A stretch of 64,000 nt of DNA from Vulcanimicrobiota bacterium (GTDB lineage: Bacteria; Vulcanimicrobiota; Xenobia; Xenobiales; JADMJV01), in assembly GCA_050250895.1 (NCBI GenBank), contig JBFWNU010000005.1:160001-224000 (forward strand). Direction: 5' to 3'. The position numbers were made by a program, and so were the translations under genes. Positions 44,200-52,714 of the stretch are shown piece after piece. Within the stretch, counting starts at the first letter, position 1. Every line of letters begins with the position of its first letter. The notes beneath the pieces were generated by a model that saw only the letters and a program-made list of their open reading frames with translations, did no database searches and had not been told where the DNA came from.

Positions 44200-46917
44200 G
44201 TGAAGAAGCTCTGCTTGCTCCTGCTTTTGCTAACGCTGGCCTCGCCCGGCCTGGCCCGTCCCAGGGATCGCCTTAAGGACAGGCGCGAGGTCCATAAGAC
44301 TCAAGCTGAATCGCCGTTCTGGCTGGCCCTGGCGGCCGGCCAGACGGGGAATTTTCGGCAGGCCCGCCAGGCTCTGGGCCAATGCCCCGAGGATGCCCTG
44401 ACCCGGGCCGTCGGGGCCTTGATGGATGACGCCCAGGGCAACTACGGGCGGGCTCGCAAGCAGTTCGAGAGTCTGTTTGCCGAGCCCGATTTTCAGGCCT
44501 ACCAACTGCAACTCCATCTCGGTATGGTCGAGATAGGGCGCCACAGCGGTGATGGTCGCCTGGTAGCCGCCCATCTTCCTCAGTTGGTCACCGCCCAGAC
44601 GAACGCCGGCCCGCTGACCCGCTTCGTGTGCGCCACGCTGCAACGGGAGGCGCGCCTGGCTCGGATGAACCCGGAGGAACTGCTGCGCGAACACGACGTG
44701 GTATGGAAAGAGTTTTCCGACCACCGCAATCTTGGCTCGGAGCTGATTTTTCCGCATCGGTGGACGGTCGAGGCGGCCCGCATCTGGGTGTTGAGCATGG
44801 TGCGTTGGTACCATCGCCTGGGCAAAGACCATCCGCTGGCCAAGCAGATCGAGGAGCGCCTCCAGCAAGACTTGAAGGGGCTGCTGGTTTTTGGCACGGG
44901 GTTAGAGGCTCTCAACAATCCCGAACTGCTATCCCAGATCTATTTTCTGGCTCTTGACCTGGGGCGGGTGGGGCTGGAACTGGGCGAGGTCGATAAAGTC
45001 GCCGAACTCGACCGAGCTCTCGACGAGTTCGAACGCACCCGTCTGCCCAACATCAAAGCCAAGCTCGAGCGGTCGCTAACGCCCAGGTTCAAGTCGATCG
45101 GCATCGACTTTTCTCTCGAGCAGGGCGATCTGGCCCGCTTGTTGTCGGCCCACCAGCGCTTGAAGGCGCGTCTGGCCCTGGCCCGGGGCGTTCCTGGGGC
45201 GCTCGAGCACCTTCAGCGGGCGGCGACTATGCTCGAGAAGGCGCCCGACCTGAGGGGGCAGGTCGACCTCCACACTCTGGCGGGCCAGGCGCTGCTAAAG
45301 CTCAAGCCCCAGGGCTGGGTCGAGCGAGGGCTAGAACAGGCCGATGCCCTGCAGCAACTGAGCCAGCGATCCGGCAGTCGTCTGGCTGCGGTCGAGGGCC
45401 AGGCTCTGCGGGCTCTGGTGCTCGCCGAGAGCGACTCGACGGGGGCCCTGCCCGAATTGGAGAAGGCCTCGCAGGCTTTGGAAGCCATGATCGCCGAGTC
45501 GGGAGCCGCCGATCCCGAGCAATTGCTCAACCTGGGTCAGCGCTCTCAGCAGCTCTACGCCCAGATGCTGCGACTCTACGCCGAGCAGAAAGCCACAGCC
45601 AGCGCACTGGCGACCCTCAGTCGCCAACAGGATGCCCAGAAAGTGGTGGGCTTTGCGGCTCTGGCCGCTCCTTCTGACTCGCAGGCGGTGGCCGCCGTCG
45701 AGGCCTCGCGCGAGCGAACCCGGGCGCTGCAAGAAGAACTCGAAGCCCAGCAGGCTTTACCGGCCGAACAGCGCGACCCCGAAGTGGCCCAGAAACTGGC
45801 CTCGAGCCGCTCCGAGTTCTACGCGGCGGTGCGCGAGTTGCGCGCCAGCGAGCCTGACTACGCTGCGGCGCTGGCCATCGACCCGGTCGATTTCGCCGCC
45901 CTGCAAAAGGTGGTACCGGCCGACACCGTGTTGCTCGAGCCGTATCCGGGGGAGGACCGCTTGCTGCTTTTTGCGGTCACCAGCGAGACCTTCGAGATGT
46001 ACTCGGTGCCCGTGTCCGGCGACGCCCTCACCAGTCTGGTCAAGCAGTTCCGCCGAGCGGCGGCCGGGGCTCCGCCCGACTTTAGCTGGGATTCTGAGGC
46101 CGGCAAACAGTTGCTAGCGGTGTTGACCCAACTCGGAACCCATCTGCTCGAGCCCGCCCAATCGCTGTTGCAGGGCAAGAAACGCATCCTCTATGTTCCC
46201 TCGGGCATCCTTCACTACTTTCCGTTGCAGGCTGCGGCTGGCCTTCGCGAAGGGCGCCCCGAGTTCGTGGTCGAGCGTTTCGAGGTGGTCAACTTCACCC
46301 GTACCGGTGATCTCATGCTGGGGTCCAACAAGACAGGCTCGAAGCGGATGCTGGCGCTGGGCAATCCCGATGGTTCGCTGCCCAGCGCCGAGAACGAGGC
46401 CCGTCAAGTGGGCGACCTGTTTCCCGGGGCCGAGGTGCTGCTCCAGGGCGCGGCTACCGAAGACGGCTTGCTGGCCGTTCGCGCTCCCGGTTATCTGCAT
46501 CTGGCTACGCACGGGGTGTTGGTGGCCCGCGACCTCAACTCGAGCTACCTGGTCCTGGCCGGGGCGGGCGAGAAGGGGCGCTTTCGGGCCGACGAGGTTC
46601 TGCGCATGAACCTCGACGACACCGACCTGGTCACTTTATCCGCCTGTGAAACGGCCGTGGGCGAGTGGAAGCCCGGAGGCAACGTGTCGAGTCTGGCCGA
46701 GGCCTTTGGGCTGGCGGGCTGCCACTCGGTGGCCGCCAGTCTGTGGAGGGTCTCCGACGATTCCACCCGGGACATGATGGTGGGCTTCTATTCGCAGCTG
46801 GCCAAAGGAGTGGGCAAGGGCGAGGCGTTGCGCCAGGCTCAGTTGTCCCAGTTGCGGGGCAACTACCCCCACCCTTACCACTGGGCTTCGTTCATTTTGA
46901 TCGGCGACTGGAAATGA
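44200..46917 (+). CDS. Secreted CHAT-domain (caspase-like) protein with helical N-terminal region
   Basis: Signal peptide; LHLATHG, LSACETA, ASLWRV.D and HPYHWASF. Confidence 0.9.
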   Translation: MKKLCLLLLLLTLASPGLARPRDRLKDRREVHKTQAESPFWLALAAGQTGNFRQARQALGQCPEDALTRAVGALMDDAQGNYGRARKQFESLFAEPDFQAYQLQLHLGMVEIGRHSGDGRLVAAHLPQLVTAQTNAGPLTRFVCATLQREARLARMNPEELLREHDVVWKEFSDHRNLGSELIFPHRWTVEAARIWVLSMVRWYHRLGKDHPLAKQIEERLQQDLKGLLVFGTGLEALNNPELLSQIYFLALDLGRVGLELGEVDKVAELDRALDEFERTRLPNIKAKLERSLTPRFKSIGIDFSLEQGDLARLLSAHQRLKARLALARGVPGALEHLQRAATMLEKAPDLRGQVDLHTLAGQALLKLKPQGWVERGLEQADALQQLSQRSGSRLAAVEGQALRALVLAESDSTGALPELEKASQALEAMIAESGAADPEQLLNLGQRSQQLYAQMLRLYAEQKATASALATLSRQQDAQKVVGFAALAAPSDSQAVAAVEASRERTRALQEELEAQQALPAEQRDPEVAQKLASSRSEFYAAVRELRASEPDYAAALAIDPVDFAALQKVVPADTVLLEPYPGEDRLLLFAVTSETFEMYSVPVSGDALTSLVKQFRRAAAGAPPDFSWDSEAGKQLLAVLTQLGTHLLEPAQSLLQGKKRILYVPSGILHYFPLQAAAGLREGRPEFVVERFEVVNFTRTGDLMLGSNKTGSKRMLALGNPDGSLPSAENEARQVGDLFPGAEVLLQGAATEDGLLAVRAPGYLHLATHGVLVARDLNSSYLVLAGAGEKGRFRADEVLRMNLDDTDLVTLSACETAVGEWKPGGNVSSLAEAFGLAGCHSVAASLWRVSDDSTRDMMVGFYSQLAKGVGKGEALRQAQLSQLRGNYPHPYHWASFILIGDWK

Positions 46918-46945
46918 ACAAGCCCGGCAGGTGGGCCGGGCTTGT
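46918..46945. terminator. Stem-loop terminator (probably bidirectional)
   Basis: ACAAGCCCGGC-N6-GCCGGGCTTGT immediately after the CHAT stop. Confidence 0.7.
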
Positions 46946-47123
46946 CGTTTGGGCCGCCGGTCAGCGACATGGCTCGAAGTGCTGAGTTCGTCTGGAGCAC
47001 CCGCTCGCCATCCCGGTCGAGTGGGGTGCCCTGAACCGTTGCAGGCTTGTGTTTTGATCCTGCCGGCGGCTTGACGTTCGCCTTTCTTCATGAGCATTCT
47101 AGCCCGGTCCCGCCAGCGGTTAA

Positions 47124-47137
47124 TTGATCTAGATCAA
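47124..47137. promoter_or_regulatory. FNR/CRP-family binding box
   Basis: Perfect TTGAT-CTAG-ATCAA, centred at -41.5 relative to the minus-strand TAGAAT (47096-47101). Confidence 0.7.
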
Positions 47138-47163
47138 GAGGCTCGCGCTGTTTCGCTTCAACA

Positions 47164-47188
47164 TTCTTTCAGGCGTCCAGGTTAGGCT
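47164..47188 (+). promoter_or_regulatory. Conserved TYSTTTMA-N11-TANNNT promoter-like motif
   Basis: TTCTTTCA-N11-TAGGCT-N6-ATG(47195). Confidence 0.65.
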
Positions 47189-47194
47189 GGGGAC

Positions 47195-47806
47195 ATGATT
47201 TCCGCCGTATCTCAACCTATCCATAGGCCGCTAGCTCGAGCGGCCGCCGCCAGGCCCGCCGAAGCGGCGCCTACCGAAAGCTTTCAGGCCGCAGCCCCCG
47301 ACCCGGGCCTGATCCCACGACCGACCTTCGACAGCCGCGAATTTCGCAACGCCATGGGCCGCTTCGCTACCGGAGTCGCCATCATCACCGTCGGCGATGA
47401 GCAGGAGCGTTCAGGAATGACGGTCAACTCGCTGACCTCGCTTTCGCTCGACCCGCCGCTGTTGCTGTTTTGCCCCAAGAACGAGAGTGCTACCCTGGAG
47501 CTGGTCAAAGAGCATGGCACCTTCGCCGTCAACCTTTTGAGCGCAGAGCAGGCCGAGCTTTGCGGTCAGTTCGCGGGTAAAGTCGAGGGCGACAAGTTCA
47601 ACGGCGTGGCTGCCCACGCGGGACCGGCCACCGGCGCGCCGCTGCTGGATGGCAGCCTGGCCAGTGTGGAGTGCCAACTCGAGGCCATTCATCCCGGTGG
47701 CGACCATGCCATTGTGGTCGGCCGGGTGGTGGGCTTCGAGACTTCGCAGCCTCAAGAACCGTTGCTCTTCTGGAACGGCAAGATCCAGTCCAGCCACTGG
47801 ACCTAG
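47195..47806 (+). CDS. Flavin reductase (HpaC/DIM6-NTAB family) with a ~45 aa N-terminal leader
   Basis: FRNAMGRFATGV, SLSLDPPL, GGDH and PLLF. Confidence 0.9.
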   Translation: MISAVSQPIHRPLARAAAARPAEAAPTESFQAAAPDPGLIPRPTFDSREFRNAMGRFATGVAIITVGDEQERSGMTVNSLTSLSLDPPLLLFCPKNESATLELVKEHGTFAVNLLSAEQAELCGQFAGKVEGDKFNGVAAHAGPATGAPLLDGSLASVECQLEAIHPGGDHAIVVGRVVGFETSQPQEPLLFWNGKIQSSHWT

Positions 47807-47817
47807 GAGCCAAAATC

Positions 47818-49263
47818 ATGAGAGTCCGTCTTTTGGCTTTGCTTGTAAGCCTGCTGTGGTGTGGTTGCGGCGGTGGGGGAGAGGCTCCGGACGGACGGGC
47901 CAGCCAGGGGCCTGGACCGGCCACGGCTTTGCTCTCCTTGCGGGTCGACCCGGTTCACCCGCAAACGCTAGGTTCGCTGCCGGTGCGATGCCTGATCGAG
48001 GTGCTCGACGCCGTCACCCTGCAGGCGGTGGCGTCGGCGGTCGATGTCGACCTCTCGAGCGGTCAGTCGCAAAGGGTCACGATTCTCAATGTGACACCCG
48101 GCTTGCGGGTGGTGCGGGCTCAATTCTTCGATTCGGCCGACAGCCTGGTGGGGCAAGACCAGGTCACGGTCGAGCTGGTGGTGGGGCGGGTGGTCGAGGT
48201 GAGTCTCTCGCCTCAATCCCTGCTGACCCCGGTGGTGCCTCCGCGCGAGTTCGTGCTGGTGACCGACAGTGCCAATGTCTACAGCTTTCAAGTCAACCTG
48301 GACACGGGTGCCCTGACCCCGGCCCCCGGCTCGCCCCTGTTCTTTAACACCGATTTCCCGAACAACATCGCCATCTCGCCCGACGGTCGCTTCGCCTACG
48401 TCGACCTGGGCGGCTCGGGACAGGTGGCCCAATTGGCCATCGATGACCAGACGGGTGCCCTCACCGAGGTCTCACGAGCCAACAGCAGTGGTCCCCAGGG
48501 GTCGGGCATCGCCATCGCCGGCAATTTCCTGGTGGTGCCGATCTTTGCGACTTCGATGATCGACATCTTCGCCATCAACCCGGCCACGGGCGCCCTCACC
48601 TTGCAAAGCACGGTGCCGGCCGGAGTGGCCGAGACCCAGCGCATCTACGCTCACCCCAACGGTCAGTTTCTTTACATGTCCGAGTCGGCCACCGGCGGCG
48701 ACCCGGGTAAGGTCGCCTGCTTCCAGTTGAATTCCGCGGGAGTCTTGACCCTCACCGAAGTCGAGCAGGCCTTTGGTGACCCGCCCGGACGCACCTACGA
48801 CTTCCACGCGTCCCCGGATGGGACCGTCCTCTATGTCACCGGCAACGACCCTTCGGTCAACGCCTTCGACATCAATCCCAGCGATGGGTCGCTAACCCAA
48901 AAGGCGGGCTTTCCCGTGTTGACCCCGGCCCCGCTCTTTCTGGGCGGGCTCGAGGTGGACTCGGGTCGCCAGGAGTTGCATGTGGTCGGATTTGATGCTG
49001 ATTCCGTCTTCACCTATCCCATCCACAGCGACAACACCCTCGGCCCGCTGGCAGCCACGCTGGCGACGCCATCGACACCGTTCAACCTGGTCCTCGACCC
49101 GACCGGAGACAACCTTTTCGTGACCGGCTTCACCAGCCCCGGCACCATTACCAGCTACCATCGCCAAAGCAATGGTCAGCTGGTTTCGGCGGGCACGCTC
49201 AACCTCACCAATATGGGCTCGTCGAGCGCTTTTGCCGTGGCCGTGGTTCGCTTTACCGACTAA
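47818..49263 (+). CDS. Lipoprotein with lactonase-like beta-propeller
   Basis: GGAG RBS; lipobox WCGC; repeated TGALT, SPDG.F.YV and HPNG.FLY blades. Confidence 0.85.
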   Translation: MRVRLLALLVSLLWCGCGGGGEAPDGRASQGPGPATALLSLRVDPVHPQTLGSLPVRCLIEVLDAVTLQAVASAVDVDLSSGQSQRVTILNVTPGLRVVRAQFFDSADSLVGQDQVTVELVVGRVVEVSLSPQSLLTPVVPPREFVLVTDSANVYSFQVNLDTGALTPAPGSPLFFNTDFPNNIAISPDGRFAYVDLGGSGQVAQLAIDDQTGALTEVSRANSSGPQGSGIAIAGNFLVVPIFATSMIDIFAINPATGALTLQSTVPAGVAETQRIYAHPNGQFLYMSESATGGDPGKVACFQLNSAGVLTLTEVEQAFGDPPGRTYDFHASPDGTVLYVTGNDPSVNAFDINPSDGSLTQKAGFPVLTPAPLFLGGLEVDSGRQELHVVGFDADSVFTYPIHSDNTLGPLAATLATPSTPFNLVLDPTGDNLFVTGFTSPGTITSYHRQSNGQLVSAGTLNLTNMGSSSAFAVAVVRFTD

Positions 49264-49360
49264 TTGCGCCTCGAGACGTTGCCCAGCGCATCCCCGCCTG
49301 GCGCGGGGAGGGCGACTATCGCCCGGGAGGATACGTCTCCCCAGAAACGAAGCCCGAACT

Positions 49361-50107
49361 ATGCCAAACATGCCTCATAAATTCAGCCGCCATCACAAGG
49401 TCAAGGAGGCGGAATATCATCCTCTTCTGCAAGAAGTCGGCGAGGAATTACTGGTCTATGACCCGCTACTGGGTCGGTGCCACGTTCTGAATCGTGAGGC
49501 GGCCCTGGTGTATCGTTCGTGTGACGGGGAGACGATGATGGAGCAGGTGGCCGAGAGGCTCGGTCCAGACGGGGAAAGCATTCTAAGCCACTGTCTTCAA
49601 GATCTCGAAAAGGTCAATTTGATAGACTTTCCCGAGGCTCCGGAGACTTCGCGGCGCCGATTTCTTAGTGGAGCTGGAGCCCTCATTATCACGGCGGCTT
49701 TGTCAACTCCTGCGGCGGCTGCCAGCGTCCCGTGCACGACAACAGGCTGTACCGGTCTGCCGACAAATGGCGGCGGGGGAGGCAGCGGGCTCGGACCCGG
49801 AGGGTGCACCGTTTGCTGTGGTCAGGTCGGCTGTGCGGAGGGCTGCCCTTGCGGAGGGACTTGCGCTTGCTTTATTCAATATAATTGCCGCGCTTCCGCC
49901 GCTGCCCCTGTAAGGGAAGCTTGCGCCAATGGGGGCGTAGACATCTGCGTTGCCGGCACCTTCGACACCGTCAACAATCCGGCTTCGGGTTGCTTGGATA
50001 TTCCCGGCGCCACCATGCAACGAGCGTTGAGTTGTTCGGCCGCGAGGGCCCAGGTTGTAGCTGCGGGTTTTGGCGCATCAACCTACCAGTGCTGTGCTTG
50101 TCCCTGA
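49361..50107 (+). CDS. PqqD/RRE domain fused to an SRR leader-like segment and a Cys-rich C-terminal region
   Basis: ELLVYD....CH.LN..AA.V...CDG (PqqD-like); SRRRFL..PAAAAS; 18 Cys in the C-terminal ~125 aa. Confidence 0.75.
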   Translation: MPNMPHKFSRHHKVKEAEYHPLLQEVGEELLVYDPLLGRCHVLNREAALVYRSCDGETMMEQVAERLGPDGESILSHCLQDLEKVNLIDFPEAPETSRRRFLSGAGALIITAALSTPAAAASVPCTTTGCTGLPTNGGGGGSGLGPGGCTVCCGQVGCAEGCPCGGTCACFIQYNCRASAAAPVREACANGGVDICVAGTFDTVNNPASGCLDIPGATMQRALSCSAARAQVVAAGFGASTYQCCACP

Positions 50108-50241
50108 CGGGGCAAGGTGTCCGCGATTTGACCGCGCTGGACTGACCCGGGCGGGCGGCTTCGACCTTGGAAGCCTGCCGGTCGACAGCCGTGTTCAGGT
50201 ATCGCCCGCTGGCCCGGTCTTCCCGTGGTGCGCTTTACCAA

Positions 50242-50943
50242 TTAGCCCTTCTTGGTCGGTTCGCTCCCTTTGGGCAAGAAGACCCTGGCCTTGGTGCCGT
50301 AGTTGGTGATCTGATCGCGCATCACGTCGCTGGCCTCGCGTCCGTCGCCGGTGGCGATCGAGATGTGGCCGTGTTCATGGCCGGCGCCGCGATCCCAGAC
50401 CACCACCGCTCCCGGGGGCAGCTTGGGGAAGTCGGCCGGATTGACTTTGGCTTCTTTGAACTTTGAACTCTCGGCCAACTGATCGGCGGCCATATAGGCG
50501 CTGGCTCCGGTGGCGGTCACGCCATGGCGGCCCAGGGCTTCGGAGACGTACTTGTAGCACCAGCCGCCCGAACCGGTAGCGTGGGCGGTGGCGTCCGCGG
50601 CCAGATCCCGCCCCCAGGCCGTGCCGCCTTTGATCTTGTCGAGGTCGACCGAGCCGCCCTGAGCCGCTCCGAAGGTCGGCGAGCCACCGCTGCTCGACGG
50701 GCTGGACGGGGCGGTGCTGCCGCCCAGAAAGCTGTTGAGGCCACCCCCTTCACCGCCACCCGAGGCCGGGGCCCCGCCGAAGTTGGCCTGGCTGGGCAGC
50801 ATCGACCCTGAGTCAAAAAGTCCGAAGGGGAGGCCCCCACCGAGCAAGCCCGCCAAGAGGGTCTGAATTAGCTTCTTCAGATCGCCCTTGCCAGGTGTGG
50901 GACTGTTGGGCCGGATCTGTCCGAGAATGTTCTGTATCTGCAT
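50242..50943 (-). CDS. Putative CHAP/NlpC-like Cys-His peptidoglycan amidase with Gly/Ser-rich N-terminal region
   Basis: GWCYKYV..AL, PPGAVVVW and HGHI.I..GDG.EASD. Confidence 0.7.
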   Translation of the reverse strand: MQIQNILGQIRPNSPTPGKGDLKKLIQTLLAGLLGGGLPFGLFDSGSMLPSQANFGGAPASGGGEGGGLNSFLGGSTAPSSPSSSGGSPTFGAAQGGSVDLDKIKGGTAWGRDLAADATAHATGSGGWCYKYVSEALGRHGVTATGASAYMAADQLAESSKFKEAKVNPADFPKLPPGAVVVWDRGAGHEHGHISIATGDGREASDVMRDQITNYGTKARVFLPKGSEPTKKG

Positions 50944-51019
50944 TGGGAGTCAACCTTCCGTGTGTGTTGAGCCCATCCTAAAAGAGGTCAATCGAGGCAG
51001 GCTAAACTCAGCCGAACGG

Positions 51020-51039
51020 ATGTAAACTCTATGTAAACT
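51020..51039. promoter_or_regulatory. 11-bp-period direct repeat, possible OmpR/PhoP-family site
   Basis: ATGTAAACT-CT-ATGTAAACT between divergent genes. Confidence 0.45.
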
Positions 51040-51091
51040 TCCGGTGGCCTCCGAGTCGAGGTTTCTCGCCACAAAGACCGAAGATAGCTCT

Positions 51092-52714
51092 ATGGCCGTG
51101 ACCATCACCGAGAATCTCGCTTTGATCGACCGCTGGCGCGGCGAGCCCGCGCCGCTGCTGCCTATTTTGCATGCTTTCCACGACCGTGACGGCTATCTCT
51201 CCGACCAGGTTCTCAGAGACGTGGCTCGCGAGTTGCGCATTCCCATCGCCGACCTGTTTGGCACGGTCACCTTCTATCACCACTTCGCCCGCACGCCGGG
51301 AGGCAAGGCTCGTCCCCGCGTCTGCACCGGGCCGGTCTGCTGTTTGCGCGACGCCCACCAGTTGGTGAAAGACCTCGATGGCGACGAGATGCCTTGCGCC
51401 GGCCGCTGCGACCACGGCATCCCCGTGTTGCGGGGCGACCAGGTGTTGATGGCTCCGAGCCTCGAGGCCGAACCCTCGCCCCTGCCGGCCCCCAATCCCG
51501 GCGGCCACACCGAGTGTGTCTTTGCCAGGATTCGCCAGCCCGGCCGAACCACGCTGGCCGGCTATGGTCCCTACCGCGGCCTCGAGCAGGCTCGCCAGTT
51601 GGGCAGTGCCGGGGTGATCGAGCTGCTGCTCGAGAGCAAGCTGGCCGGACGCGGCGGAGCCGGTTTTTCCACCGGCACCAAGTGGAAGCTGGTGGCCGAG
51701 GCCCAGGGCCATCCCAAGACCATTGTTTGCAACGCCGACGAAGGCGAACCCGGCTGCTTCAAAGACCGGGTCATTCTCGACTACGAGCCCCACGCTATCC
51801 TCGAAGGGATGGCCATCGCCGGGGTGGCCACCGGCGCCAGCCGCGGCATCATCTATCTTCGTTACGAGTATCCCGACACCATGGCCGTGCTCGAGCGAGC
51901 CCTGAACGAAGCCGACGCGATTTTGGGGGATTTCAAGATCTACCTGCGCCGCGGCGCCGGGGCCTACATTTGCGGTGAAGAGACCTCGCTACTCAACAGT
52001 CTCGAAGGCAAGCATCCCTTTCCCCGCAACCGCCCGCCTTTTCCCGTCACCCATGGCTTCGAAGACCTGCCCACGGCGGTCAACAACGTCGAAACACTGG
52101 CCTCGGTGCCGGCCATCTTAGAGAAGGGGGCCGAGTGGTACCGCAGCCTTGGCCTCAACGGGCAGGCTGGGACCAAGATCATCAGCCTGTCGGGCGACAT
52201 CCGAAAGCCTGGTAACTATGAGGTGCCTCTCGGCTTGCCTTTGCAGACTTTGCTCAACGACTGGGCCGGTGGGCCTGGTCCGGGGCGGACCATCCAGGCG
52301 GTGACCATGGCCGGCTTGTCCGGTGGCTTTCTGGCCGGAGACGACCTCGAGGTAACCCTCGACGAGCCCAGCATCCGGGCCAAAGGCTCGTTCTTAGGGG
52401 CGGGGGGCATCATGGTCTTTGACGACCGCCGCGACATGGTCGAGGTGGCCCACCAGGCTATGACGTTCTTTGCCCATGAGTCGTGCGGCAAGTGTTTTCC
52501 CTGTCGCATCGGCACCCAGCGGCTCAAAGAGCGTTTGGGAGGCGAAGCCGGCCCCGGAGAAGGGCAAGCCTGGCGCCAGGAGGTGGCCGAGATCGGCCGC
52601 ACCATGAAGGGCCTGAGCGCCTGTGGCCTGGGCATGGCCGCGCCCCTGGTAAGCGAGAGCCTGGTTCGATATTTTCCCGAGCAGATCGACGAGCACGTGA
52701 GGAGAAACGCATGA
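51092..52714 (+). CDS. NuoE-NuoF fusion diaphorase subunit of an NAD-dependent formate dehydrogenase (FdsG/FdsB-like)
   Basis: N-terminal TFY..F, CTGPVC..CAGRC (2Fe-2S); GRGGAGF, NADEGEPG, YICGEE and CGKCFPCR..C. Confidence 0.9.
   Translation: MAVTITENLALIDRWRGEPAPLLPILHAFHDRDGYLSDQVLRDVARELRIPIADLFGTVTFYHHFARTPGGKARPRVCTGPVCCLRDAHQLVKDLDGDEMPCAGRCDHGIPVLRGDQVLMAPSLEAEPSPLPAPNPGGHTECVFARIRQPGRTTLAGYGPYRGLEQARQLGSAGVIELLLESKLAGRGGAGFSTGTKWKLVAEAQGHPKTIVCNADEGEPGCFKDRVILDYEPHAILEGMAIAGVATGASRGIIYLRYEYPDTMAVLERALNEADAILGDFKIYLRRGAGAYICGEETSLLNSLEGKHPFPRNRPPFPVTHGFEDLPTAVNNVETLASVPAILEKGAEWYRSLGLNGQAGTKIISLSGDIRKPGNYEVPLGLPLQTLLNDWAGGPGPGRTIQAVTMAGLSGGFLAGDDLEVTLDEPSIRAKGSFLGAGGIMVFDDRRDMVEVAHQAMTFFAHESCGKCFPCRIGTQRLKERLGGEAGPGEGQAWRQEVAEIGRTMKGLSACGLGMAAPLVSESLVRYFPEQIDEHVRRNA

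Noticed and set aside
46636-47097. 153-aa minus-strand ORF
   Set aside because: It crosses a terminator and overlaps the CHAT C-terminus antisense; only the short transcript hypothesis is retained
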